Shown one piece after another: positions 47,431-60,689 of a DNA stretch of 64,000 bases; positions within the stretch are counted from its first letter, which is position 1, and every line of letters starts with the position of its first letter. Origin of the DNA: Eutreptiella sp. 'Long Island Sound 2002'. Its lineage: Eukaryota > Protista > Euglenida. The stretch spans positions 79,732,001 through 79,796,000 of the forward strand of contig OZ038379.1 in the NCBI GenBank assembly GCA_964036045.1, written 5' to 3'. Both the position numbers and the translations under genes were made by a program. The notes beneath the pieces are model-generated. The model worked only from the letters and a program-made list of their open reading frames with translations. It was not told the DNA's origin and made no database searches.

Positions 47431-50400
47431 CAACTTATTCACATGACGCCACCTCTGGCACAAACCAGCGCCGCACCGTAGGCCTGCCACCGTACAGCAG
47501 AGCGGCCGTTAGGCTTGGCGCTCCCGAACAGGGACCCAGGCCCAGCCTAAGCGCCTAAGCGGCGTATACGAACAAAGCAACATGGCGACACACAGATGTT
47601 CCACCTGTGCATGCACGGCGCACACACATGTCAGACAGCACAGTACAAAATGCGCGCACGGTATACAACATGCAGGGCACAGGAAGACCCACACACACGC
47701 AACACACCACACAAACACAGGGTGCAATGGAACGGAATCAAGCCAACAGCAGCAACGCCCAACGGAGGGCCGCTTTGCCAGAGCGGAGCACGCCATCACA
47801 GACTGCGGCCCGACCATCCAGGCTAGAAGACCAACGCACGCCGGAGGTGAATACGAACATAAGCTACGGCCAACACCAGCTGTGTGTTCTACTAATCATG
47901 GACCCCGTGCACACGGAGGGGGCCTACTGCTGCCGCTCGCGACCATGAACAAAAGGTTCGGAGGACAACCACCCCGCAGCGGCCAACGGGGAAACCAGAG
48001 CAAACGCAAAATCCTTCCTAACACACCGACTATAGGGACCGCGCAACTGTACCCAGAGCCAACGTGAGATCAACACGAGGGCACGGGCCGAGCCCGGACC
48101 GTACCGAGTGCAGCAGCCGAAGCACCCTCTACACCACCAAGACGCTACCGCCAGCACGCTGTCCCAACACGACGAGCAACCCACAACAACAAACAACAAG
48201 TGACAGCACTGACCATAGAGGCAGTGCAATCACGGGACGACAAGGCACGTGACCAAAAGCGCCGAACCGACTCTTGCAACACATCAGACACACCATCCAA
48301 TAGACTAATGGCACCATCCCGGACATCAACCCTGGCGACCACGGGCCCCACTGACACTGCCCAGCGGCCTGGACATGCAGGATGACACCATGCGTTTGGA
48401 AGACGACCATTTGCGGGACAGCATACAACGTGTCGTGCGGTTGGCGACGGAAGTTCTGGCTCCCCAACAAACCACATGGAGTCTGTATGGAGCGCTTGAT
48501 GCGGCGCAAAGGCATATAACGAGGACAACGGACGAGAACCCAAACCCACGGGTGTACGACCAACGAATACGGCGATGCATACAAGAGGCACATCAAATAA
48601 CGCGAACAGGGGTGATGACACAAGGACGACCGTCCAAGACCACGAGTTGGATGGAACTCACTGAGGCACGGCACGCGCAAAAGAACTTCGACCACATCCA
48701 GGAGTCGGACGACCCACCGCCGACAGAGTGCGAAGAGGCAGCGCTCATCCTCATGCTGACACTGCACAGCTCAACTTGGAACCACACTTTTACCCTCCAA
48801 GACAAAACGGGCCCACCCTATCTACCCACTGCAACCTGCAGACCCGGCACGGCATCTGCGGGTAAGGTCCACTTGGACTGGACACCTGCACAGGGCAACC
48901 AAGAATACACCGTTGCACACACGATACGGAAACATACCAACGGAGGCGGAGGACCCGGAACATACGGAAACACAGCCTTCTAGACCAACACCCCAGCACT
49001 GGACCCTGTACGAACTCGAGGCCCATGCTCGCACCCTAGCGGAGCACAGCATCCAGCCGTACACGGACGTCACATACGTGGAGCAGATGTTGCAGGACTG
49101 GCCGAAGTACGAGACAAAGGTACTCCAAGGGCACACCGGACCACCAGAGACAACACCCCCCCCGATGTGGGACAACCTGGTGCCCGACAGGGACATGGGC
49201 AAGCTGCCCAAGATGATTCAGAACAAGGCGCCAAGGCACCCCTTCAACGACAACTACAACCCCGCCATTGTGAACGCAATCCTGGTCTACCACAGCTGGA
49301 CCACTCAGCAACATCTCCACCTCCATTCAGCATGTGATGATCCACGCTAGTGGCACTCCATCGGGCCCCCCGCACTGGAGGTTTACCTCCGGGGGGTTGC
49401 AGCCACGGGGGCGCATACGGTCACGGACCTCAGACTGGCAACAGCGCAACCAATATTGGAGTCGTACATACCCCCTAGCCCACGGCGAACCCCAATCGCA
49501 ACGAGAGCCGACTACCCGCTGAGGGAACACAACCTACCAGCCCGGAGAGACGCCGAACCTACCAGCCCAGTCGAACACATGCTGGAGCCCCTCACCACAC
49601 ACCACGTCCCGGACATCTACTAACTACCACCTGAAGGAAACCACACCTACCGCAAAACACCCAAGTGGAGGTTACCGACAGGCACCATAGACTGGAAAGA
49701 GATCCTGCCTGGGGTAGTTAGTATAGAAGCCATCCACCTCATTGCACCAAAACAGATAAAACTGCCACCAGCTGAGCACCTCTTCATCACCATACAGGGC
49801 ACGGCCACCATCCAAGGCGCCAGCCTCGGAGACGACAAGCAAATGCCCCAAGCAAGACCCACACAGGGCATCTGAGTGACTACAACCACGGACGCCGAAG
49901 TTGCGATTGACCCACAGTCGGAATTGGCGGCCATCCACTATACCGTATAAGGTGCAGAAGGCGACCCAAAGACGAGCAACTGGCAACAGCGATGGACCAA
50001 AGAAGTGGAACACCTGAGCAACGTCGCCCTCGACAACACACTCACCGCACAAACGACGGAACCTGCGAAACGAGCCACCCAAACGAACCTCAGCACCGCC
50101 AAGCATACACTGTGGCACTACCCGACCATCATACACCCGCAAGCGGTGTCCCAAATCAAGGAGGCACTCAGGCCTAGACCTCCCGGACAAGCACAACGCC
50201 CAACAACCCGGGGCATTCACCAGGTACTGGAATTTCCGGACAGCCGCAGGCATGCTGCCCAAGGTGGCTGAACCCGCCTTACCGCCCTCCGTCACAGCGC
50301 TCACCAAAGCGGTCCAAGCCATGGCACACATGCAAGGGACCCCACTGGAGGGGACGCCCCACACCCTGTTGGACCAGCGAGTCAACCACAACGCCAACAA

Positions 50401-52789
50401 GGCGCAGCAAACGGGGCGCCAAATACACCCACCGCTGTGGGAGAAAGACGGCAACCTCCAGCCCCACAGCCCGTGGATGGTGCACTTCATCCTTGACGAC
50501 CAATGCGCGAACCAAAAAGGCACGCAGGTACAGGTCACCCACAATTTGGCGCACACGCACCTCCAGTACACCGTCCCCACCTCAAATGCCCTCGTCACCT
50601 ACGGCACAACTCAGCAGTCCACGTACCGACTACGCCCAGACACCGAGGGCACAGGCTACACAGTATATACCTGGGCACAGTACAACGACCTACCCGGCCC
50701 CACATGGCATCAAAACCCCACTTGGCACCAACCCCTCCACAGAAAACGCGTACCCAGACAAGGCAAAGCCAAAACCACGGGGAACACCACTCAGGGTGGC
50801 GGAATTGCGCCCGGCAACATCGTGAGCTCGGTCGGCCCTTGGGAATGCCACGTTGCCCTCATCCACACAGGACATCCTGCCCGTGACAACAGCACCCATC
50901 GCAGAATGTGGGGCACCATCCGACGGGCCCTACACCACGACATCAACCACAACCGAGCCACCTGGCTCAATCACGGCTCCGTTACTATCCAAGCGGCAGG
51001 ACCTGAACCCCAAAAAGCTCCACAGGGTAGCGGGACCCTACATCCTGTACCCCGTACCACACGGCATGGATGGTCCCTGCCCAGGACTCCGGACTGGGGA
51101 CCCCCCATATTGACACCCGTGTCCCCACACTCTGTTCTGGCCGCTACCCCCACAGCCCGCACCGCTCCCAGGGATCTTCCTAAACACAGTGCCAGGAGCC
51201 AAAAGAGTATACATGACGGCAGGGGACACCCTCAGCCAAGCCATACCCCTGCACCAGGTCCAGCACATAGCCATGGGGCCACAGCTAACCCACATAAACA
51301 AGCCACGACACCCACTGGCAGGACGCGGAGCACGAGAACCCTGCCCCACCAACCCCAGCTCCCCAGGCCCCAACAGGGCGCTGCTACACCTCACCATGAA
51401 ACCCACAGCCCAGCTCCGGACGGCCCTGGAAGAGGAGAAACACTATATTCGGGAGGGCCTCACGGACGACGTCATCACCCTGGCGACCAACACCTTGGCA
51501 GCGGTCACGGACACATGGGATGACGCCGTGGGGCACCCAAAGGAACGCAAAGACATGATTCAGGAGAAGCAGGACACCCTGACGCCGGAGCTTATGGACC
51601 AACTGGTCCAATTCACCGGCCCAACAGAGCAAGGTGTACCGCGAATCGGGCTGAAGGTCACGGACTGGACAGTCCTCGATCACACCCCAGACACCCCCAC
51701 GATGTGCCTCCAGCACACCTGCTGGGTCACACAGTTGGATGGGAAGGGCACCGCGACCAGGGTACGGGCACACACACTGGAGACGCGGACGGCCACCCCA
51801 CTGGCACTAGGAGACGGTTTCAGACACTGCAGCCACCACACCAACCGGCTCCTGGCACACTGGCTGGCACTCAAAACGGCTATGCGCTGGACCGTGGATG
51901 CCTCGGGCACCACCCTCCAACCACCCCACACGTGGCTCGCCCTGGCCCGCAACCCAGCGGCCTACGTGCGCAGGCATGGGATGACGCAGACACAACACTG
52001 GATTTCATGGCCTACGGACACGGAACAGATTATCAAAATCCGCACTGCCAAGCTGCAAACCCACGCCAACAAGATGCAGGGCATGCACCGGCCCAGGGAA
52101 GGTCACGGACCGGCATACAGCATCTTCCAAGGCCGCAAGGCCTCCAAAGCTACCCCCCAGCCAGTGCCAGAACCGGTGCGACCCAAACCACGGCCCCGAC
52201 CGGAGGGGGCGGGAGCACCAGCCCGGCGGTCCAAACGGCCTAAGCCGACGCCAAGACTAGTGCCGCCCGAGCCTAAACTAAAGCCCCAGACCTGCCCGTA
52301 CTTCTCACCTGACGAGCGCAAGGCCATGCACCCTGAGTACCATGATGGAGTGGAAGTGTAAGGGGTCTACGTCTGTTCGCTGAAGGGGCAACCCAAAAAA
52401 ATGGGTTTGGTTCCAGGGCACGGTGAGCCACAGACTGGCCACGCCGGGCAGCACAGCAACCTACAGCTTAAGATCGTGTGGCGACCTTTTCCGGAATGGG
52501 GCGAGAAAGCGACCACATCCAACTTTGAGCTGTGGGACGACAGACCGTTCGCAGAGTGTCCACTACAGCTCCGCACACAAGAGAACCAGGTGGCACCAGG
52601 GACGGTCTGGACAGGGAACATACCGGAGGCCTGGCTGGGGGAGCCTGACATCCCTGAGGAGCAACGAGTGGCGACAGCCCTTGCCCACAATTTACGCCTC
52701 GGACGATAACTCTCGGCCCACCGGACGCACCGGGAAACAACCTCCGCCAGAGCCCCCGCCGACAAGGTCGCAGCAGCACCCGTCAGCCG

Positions 52790-53520
52790 GATGTCGCTGA
52801 CCGAACCAGGTGTTGTGTAGGACGGAGCCAAGGTCTCAAACCTTCAAGACATCCCCATGATGGCAGGATGTGACCCCGATGCCATGCTGTGACAGGATCA
52901 AGGGCTGAAGACCTGCACAGACACCCCAAACCTCACTCCCATCCTCACCAGGAGGGGTCATCAATACCAGACCTCCTGGGTAGAATGCGTACCTATGTCC
53001 CACAATCGCGAGGTTCACGTCCACGTGCACCGACACCTAGGCATTGAAGGCTGCCTGGTGGCATATGAACTCTTGGGCCCAACCTGGCAACTCAGTGTGA
53101 TCAACGTCCATGTCCAATTCGGCAACGCCACAAACACATTCCTCCGGCACCTCATGGAAGCCTACCGACAACTGGCCCACAGTCATCATAGGAGACTCCA
53201 ATGCCGCCCCTACCCTGGACGACCGCGGGGGACGACCTACACCAGAAGATACAGCCGTAAAGATGACCATGCAGCACCTGGACCTGCAAGAACTCACGGC
53301 CTCCCGACAGGGACAGGCCTGACAGCGGCCCCCGCAGCCAGGCTCGACAGATTCACGCGTCGACCTATGCTATGCGGACCCGACACACATGGAAGCAGCA
53401 GGGACGAAGGACCAAGACCTGCCATCCAAGGCCACCAGGCACAGCCCACTAGAGGTACAGCTCAAGGTGCTGCAGGTCGGCCCGACCCCCTCGGACAATA
53501 TGGACCAGGACGCATAACCC
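52790..53520 (+). pseudogene. APE endonuclease of LINE 2
   Basis: EVHVHVHRHL, WQLSVINVHVQFG, TVIIGDSNAAPT..DRGG. Homologous to LINE 1 APE. Confidence 0.85.
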
Positions 53521-53929
53521 CCCATCCGCCCCCTGGAGGAACACGACAAACCAAAGTGGATGGCATACTACCGCACAGTGGACCGCATCTTCGGCCACCA
53601 GAGCGACCCGGACCTTAACCTCGCCATGAGACAAGTGGCAGCAGTCTGTGGCCTCCACGGGGGAGTCCACCACCGACCTTGAGACTACGACCCCACACCG
53701 GGACTTACGCTCCATGGTCAATGCCATATGGTGTGATAAGCGGGACCTACGTACGGCACCCCACTCTCACGACACACACACCCAACGACACACCCACCAC
53801 ATTGCGGCGCGCCTAGAAACCACGCAACAGCACCTCAGGGAGTGGCAGGAACGTCGAGCAGAAGACCTAGCACAGGAACAACCACCCCACGCACCCCGTT
53901 CATCATGCGGGAACCGGATGAGGTGTTGC

Positions 53930-55120
53930 ATTGACTGGAACCGGAGAAAGCCCAAGGAGGGGATGGCCTACCTGCCGAGCTCTACCGTAGACGCCCACTC
54001 CACCTGAAGAGGCACCTTGCAGGGCGCCTCTCGGACATAGCCATAAGGAGGGCGGACATACCACCAGACTGGGCAAACCTAGTACACCCGTTGTACAAGA
54101 AAGTCGATCGGGCGAACCCACACAAGTGGAGAACCATCGAGTGCGCCACCACGGGGGCGAAGCACATCTGGATGCTCATCCTGAAACAGGTAGCCCGAGT
54201 GGTATACCAGGCAATCCCACCCACGATGTGGGGAGCAATACCAGGACGTTCACCACTGGAAGCCCTTTTTATGCAAGACACGGTGGTGGATATGGACCTC
54301 ATCAGCCTCATCATCACATCCCTGGACGTCAAGGGGGCATTTCCAGACACCTCAAATCGTCGTCTGCACGCCATCTGGGAGCAGATGGGACTTCCCTTTC
54401 AAGGCTTTCTGCAGGCATTCCTCGCCACCCGCCTGTACGCGAAGCAGCCTCATGTAGGCACAACCCTATGGACCCACCCTACAGTGGGGTCCGACAGGGA
54501 GGCGCGGAAGGCCCATTCCTGATTCTGCCTGTCACCCTCCCGCTGGCCTTCTACATATGATGCACCTTCCCCGACGTGGCACCATACCCCTTACAGACTA
54601 CGTGGCGTTCGCAGATGACATGGCAGTAGTTACCGCCACCACCCGTCAACCCCTGCCGAACGCCCAAAACGACATCACAGCCAACAAGGCGCTCCACGAT
54701 GTTACCAGCTACCTGGAGAACCACCTGCTCCTGGTACACAATGTCAGGTCGGCCAGCATCGTACACAATGTGCCACCCCCACCTCTCTGCCCTGGTGACA
54801 CATCCCTCACCCCAGCGGACAATGCAACCCATCTGGGTATTCAACAGGTGGCCAAATTGGAAGGGGTCACCCTGCCACCCAACTTGGAACGCCGATTCAC
54901 ACGCACCCTCGTCATCGCGCCCATAGCCGCACTGTCCACCCAGGCCCTGGCGTACTTCCTACAAGCCGTGCTCAATGCGGCCATCCAATTCCAGGCCCTG
55001 CATCTGACACACCCCAAACCCATCCTAAAAAGGGCAGTCACCGCGGTACAACGTGCATGGGCCATCCACGGCCACCGGCCCACATCCCTCCCCGCCGAGT
55101 TCCGCGCAGCATGGGTGGGG
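53930..55120 (+). pseudogene. Reverse transcriptase of LINE 2
   Basis: NPHKWRTIEC, WGAIPGRSPLEA, SLDVKGAFPD, GVRQGGAEGPFL, VAFADDMAV, ATHLGIQ. Confidence 0.93.
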
Positions 55121-56611
55121 TAGTATGCAGACGGCGCCGACCACCTGGTCCGCAGTGCATACACCGCGCACACCGCAACCCACCTACACCGTCTCATGCA
55201 CAACCAAAAACCAGAATAACGAGAAGTCTTCACACTAACACTGCGGGAAGCCCAGCACCAACGCACCACATGTCCCCAGTACTTAGTCCACCAGTGGGGC
55301 CTCCCCACCACGGTGGAAACAGGCATATGGAACCACCTACAACTCCTGCTGCCGCACCTCGGGCATGTCATTCAAACGAACCACAGATGCAAGGAGGCAG
55401 GCCCCATAGCCGTCCTGCACACCGATGTGGGCCGGAACCAACAGGGGAAGCCACCATCCTCGACCAAGTGGGCACCACTCCACGACTCGTGAGGGTGAGA
55501 CCCACCAAAATACGGGCCCCCCAGCAGGCGGTCACCCATCAATTCATCTTCCTACAACACCCCAACTGGCCCAACAAATTGGTTCTGGAAAACCACGCTG
55601 CGAGCGGCAGCCGCCACAGCTGGTCGCCCAAAACCCACCGATGGAGAAATCCGTGGAGCATACAATCTGCTCTGGAGCACTCACAAACAGCCCTCACCAC
55701 AGAGATCCAGGCCCACCACCGACCGCCGGAATAGGTGGGGTACGTTCCGGAGACCACAGGACCGGCGGTCCTCCTATTGGCGCCCAACGGCCTTAAAGTC
55801 AGCCTGCGGCCCGGCAAAGCACAGGGTAACTTATGGATGCTACCCCCACCCAAGGCACGCAAGTTGAGGCCACGGCCGCTACCACAGGACCCACTGACAG
55901 GCATACCCCCTGACAGGCGGACTTCATGCACTGGCCACACCATGGCCCATCCTCCAACTGTTGGCGCGCCACCAACACACAGCGACGGCCCATGCTACCA
56001 GTTGGTCCCTCAAATAGGTGCACATTTGTACGACATTGCACTACGCGTTATGCATGAAAACAAACCGAACCTCAGCCATGGGGGTGTTTATTGAACCTTG
56101 TGCTCCTGCGGGGCCCCTGCAACATTCTTTGCTATCCACCTCAACACGTACATAGCAGATTTTGCCAAGAACGCAAACTCGTTTTTGGTCCTAAAAATAA
56201 CCCCTCTCCTGCAAACAGAACACATTGTACAGAAATTTGTTTTTTGACAGATTTCGGGACTATTTGACTACTCCGGCAATGGTCACTGCAATGTCATGTG
56301 CTTTGGATGCAGTTTTTACTCACTGAAATCATATCCCTGCAGCTGTGCATCATTGTGGTTCCAAAAATGTTTTTTGCCACAGAATTCCGACACAGATGCA
56401 CAAAGGCTTGAGCACTGCAAAAAAGCGGAATACATCCACAGTTGATGTGCGAAGCGGCAGTGCATAGTGCATGAACTGTTCAACTCGTTGAAATGCCCGT
56501 GGCAGAAACTGTGACGGGCTGCAAAAGAAAAGTATATCAACACAAAAGGAGAGGGCAAAGCCATTCAAACTGCATTTAAACAGTAACAGGCTGTTGCAAA
56601 TCAGACCATTT

Positions 56612-58949
56612 CTACAGTGGGGGCCGCTGTCTGCATTCCTGCTGGTATTGCATGATCAATGGTCGATTGATAGATTTTCCCGGGGAGCTGTGTGGCTCCC
56701 ACGTATCATGTGCAGGTCCATAGCCCGCCCAACGCACACGGTAGCAGAAGCTTTTACCGCGTGTGCAGCTGTCCACTATTATGGCTGGTTCACTGTCAGA
56801 GTGTTCATCATCTGACTGCTGACCTGCAGATACAACAGAGCTTTCACTGCCGCTGTCAGAATGACTGTCACTGACTGCAGAAATGGAATGGGGTAGGGGA
56901 ACGCTGTCAACGCTACCCTCTAACTGAAGTCCCTGTACCTGTTCAAGCAGTCCAGGCTTTGTTTTGGCACATTGTAGGCCACGGGCAATCAGCAGTGCCT
57001 ACAACTGCTTGCAGCTTAACTGTGAAAGTCGCGTGCCCTGCTGCAACAGTGAAAGGACACGACTGTTTTCTTGCAGTGCCTGCTCCCTCTTTGCAGAAGA
57101 CACCTCCTCCCTTTTCCTTTTTCTGTCCTGTTTCGCCTGTTCCTTCTGTTCCCTTTGAACAAAAATTTCCTTGATCTTATCATACACGACTGTTTCTGTT
57201 ACTGGTCCGCGGTTCCAGAACATTCCAGAGTGCAGGCGAATAGAGCTGCCTTCAGCCTGTGCAAGGTAGTCACAAACAGGCTGGGCAGGAAACATGGCAC
57301 TGACCGGAGATTCCGGATGTTCCTGCACAGAAGGGGGCACCAGCGGATCACCTGCAACAGCCCTGTCCCTAACCTCTGCCAGCAACTTTTTTTCGATGCG
57401 CCGCGTGAAAGGCGCCAGACCGGTAGCCCGCCAACCAGCAGCATTGACCTCTGGGTCAAAGGCCGCCTCCCAGGGCTTCTTCAGGCAGGACATGGCGTCA
57501 GCAAGTGAAAGACGCGCAGATACACCTCAATTACAACCAACAGCTCTGTGGGACAGCAGACCAAATTTTTCCCTCCGCCACAGCACTTTAAGTTTGGCAA
57601 GATTGTGCGCGTCCTCAGGTTGTGTGATATGTGTCGTGTGCGGTGGTCTCAGAATTATAAGAATATGGTGCTCTCTGCAGAAGTCCAGCAGAGGTACAGT
57701 CATGTGAGACCCGTGACCGTCAAGAATCAGAATTACGGGCAGTGTTTCAGAAGGTTTTGGGACAACATTAGGCAAAATATTCTGCTGCACAAAACGCAGC
57801 ATCGTGTCATCAGCACATGTGGCCCCCCCTGTACCATTATGGTGGATAGTGGCAGGAAGGCCAGTTGAGCTTTTTGGGCTTCCCATGGCGTGGCCGAGAG
57901 TAAAAGAGGTACCAGGAAAAATGAGCATGGGTGGCAGGCTCTGTGCGCTGGCAGTGCTGCCGCCATTGGCAGGAAGTCTGTAGGATACCTTTTGTGCAAT
58001 TACCTCGCACTTCCTACAGCGAACCGTAACAGACTTGTTGGCACGATCTTTCTTGTTGTCCGTCATATCCATTGTCAGCCCGGTCTCATCACAGCTCATC
58101 ACTCTGTCAGGGTGCTTCCACAGAGTTTCAGGGGAATCAGGTTCACTCACATTGTAATCTGGGTCTACAACGGCAAGTCCTCCGGAAAGGGCTGTTTCCT
58201 TTACAATGTCATACCAAGCCTTCACATTTTCAGGGGTACTCCACTTCAGGCGGTCTGTCTGGATGGTTGGGATGTTGCACATGCGAAGGCCTTTTTATTT
58301 TCAGGAACCGGTACCACCATTTCTCACCAACCTTGTCACCCTTGAATCTCTGGGCCACCTCCGGCCGCCCCAGGAGGAGATGATTCACCATCGCAATTAT
58401 TCTCTCTCGCAACACAGGCAGACTGTTGGCATTCAGTCGCCCGATGAAATGCAAAACCTCATCTTCCAGATCCTGGGGCAGAATGCACTGTCGTCCCTTT
58501 TTCTTTGGACTTTGGCCCTTGCGCTGGGCTGTTCTACGTACAGTACTCTTACTCAAAGTCAGACCAACCTTCTGTTTGAGGCGCTGTTGCACGGTGCGAG
58601 CAGAGGCAGACTTGGGACGGTACATTTTGCCTGCCAGCTTGTAGGCCTGTTTGTAGGCTTCCTTGTGTGCTGCACTACCCGGCTTTGGAGAAGGTGGGAC
58701 AGCGGGCACAGAGACCTGCTCTGCATTGGCAGGAGCGGATGGTGGTGTTGCTTCAGTGGGTCCTTCAGCCATTGGACAGATGCCCATCAATCTGTACTGC
58801 GCCACCCAATAGGCGACAGTGGACTTCTTCACTGAATGTTGCCCTGCAGCTGATCCCATTGAAGGGTACTCTCCTTTCATGTATTTCAATGCTGCTGTCC
58901 TTGCTCTGCTATGCTGTTGCTGCTGAAATATATCTACTTGCCTCTGCAT
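56612..58949 (-). pseudogene. pogo/Fot1-type (DDE_1) transposase with HTH N-terminus and C-terminal SAP-like motif and chromodomain
   Basis: CENP-B-type HTH (GRQCILPQDLEDEV...RIIAMV...VGEKWWYRFLK); DDD triad SCDETG / ILDGHGSH / TQPED; WEAAFDPE...GWRATGLAPF. One frameshift (~58290) and in-frame stops at 57527 and 56999. Terminal stop at 56612. Confidence 0.9.
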
Positions 58950-59689
58950 AAAAACAACACATCAATGGAGCTTCTCCTTGACCTCGGGTGGCTCACAACC
59001 GCGGCAAAGCGAAACAGCAAACACCTGGCAGCGGAAAATCAGACATGCTAAGGGGGAAGCACTTATGTTGCTGCGAAAGAAGCCCATGTTTTTGCAAAAC
59101 AAAAATTTCGCGTATGTTTGGTTTGAAGACCAGATGGAAAAAACCCGATTTTGACACTCCAACTTGCTTGCCCTAACTGTCAATAAGCCTGCAGCCTGCA
59201 CTGAATTTGCCCCTGAGTTTGCAAAGAGCGAAAGAACAGGAAACCAGAACTTGGGGCATTGTTGCTCGCAGTGCCTCAGACTTAGGGACTCGCAGAAAGC
59301 AAGAAACCAAATCTACCTCCATGGTTGCTACCTGCAACTTACAGACTCGCTGTGGTCTGCCGACAGCTTCTGCTCCTTCATCATCACTGAGTTCCATGAG
59401 CGCAGGCATGATGTCCGAACTGTTCTGTGAACTCTCCTGTGGCACGCAGGGGAGCATATATATGACTGATCATGGCATTCCCTGTCTGCAGCTCACCTTG
59501 CGCATTATGTCATACCAGTGTGGGCATGGGTGTACTAGGCTGAGGCGCTTCTTGTGAGGGTCCACTTCCTTCTTGCAGCGCTTCTCCTCTGTGTTGCTGA
59601 GAGAAACATACGAGAGGGAGAGGTACGAGAGGCAGTCCTTGCAAATGCAACATCGCTGTTGCAGCAGTCCTGCTGTGTCCAAACCTGTT

Positions 59690-59990
59690 GCGCGTCGCGT
59701 GTTTCTGGTGCTTCCTCCTTCCTGTCACCGCGTGAATTTGGCGCTTCCTCATTCCTGTCGTCGCGTGCTTTTGGCGCTCTCTCACTCCTGTCGTTGCGTG
59801 CCCTTGGCGCTTCCTTATTCCTGTAGTCGCGTGCCTTTGACGCTCTCTCACTCCTGTCGTTGCATGATGTTGGCGTTTCCTCACTCCTGTGCTCCTGTGC
59901 CTTTGGCGCTTCCTCACTCCTGTCGTCGCGTGACTTTGGCGCCTCCTCATTCATGTCATTGCCTGACTTCGGCGCTTCCTCCATCGTGGC
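59690..59990. repeat. 33-bp minisatellite (~9 copies)
   Basis: The minus frame reads (EEAPKSRDDRS)-like 11-aa repeats. Confidence 0.9.
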
Positions 59991-60689
59991 ATTGCCTCCT
60001 CTTTGCTGTGCAACACACAAAGAAAAAAGATTACTTGGTCACAGGCAAGTGGAAGCATTCGCGTTATTCTGATCACACCTTCATAAGCTTGTCACCACGC
60101 TTCAGCACCACTCCGGCGGCCTCTCCATACACCACCATCCTTGAAAGCTGGCAAGAGGCAAGGCGTTCAACAAATATTTATGGGCGGCGGCTAATTGGAG
60201 GACACTGCAATTTCACCGTATCAAGTGCTGTGTGTCATGATTCCTTGTTTAGCTGACGAAAACATATCTTCGGCAAACTGCGACACATAGTAAGACTACT
60301 TGGCAGCGAGAGAAACCGTCACATAGCGCCATTTTTGTACGACCAGCGGGAAGCCCACTAACTATAACAGCGGTGATTTTGTGGGTATTTTCATTGATTT
60401 AGATGATTGAAATATTGATTTTGCTTTCGGAACAGGAACAGGACACATTTTCCTTTACGACCCTTGCAGCAGCGCTTCTGTGCATCCGCGATGCGGGCGC
60501 CAGGGCCTGTTCAGTATGATTGCGTCAATTTGCGGTGCGGCATCAGATTGCGGGACCAACTGGTACTCCGGAGCAGCACCAGTGGCTCCACACGCACTTC
60601 GAGCCGGCCCCGGCAAATATGCCAGCCACGGTGACATGGCAGCCAAATACCCCGGCAGAGTGACATATCCACCGAGGGACATTCAGCAC

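Larger units (their letters stand above)
47900..56094 (+). mobile_element. LINE 2 (same broad family as LINE 1), 3'-truncated
   Basis: APE and RT are recognised. The A/C-rich coding-like region continues upstream, so the 5' boundary is approximate. Confidence 0.8.

Noticed and set aside
56228-59112. Candidate TIRs for the pogo element (TACAGAAATTTGTTTT vs AAAACAAAAATTTCGCGTA)
   Set aside because: AT-rich, gapped and weak; element ends left undefined.
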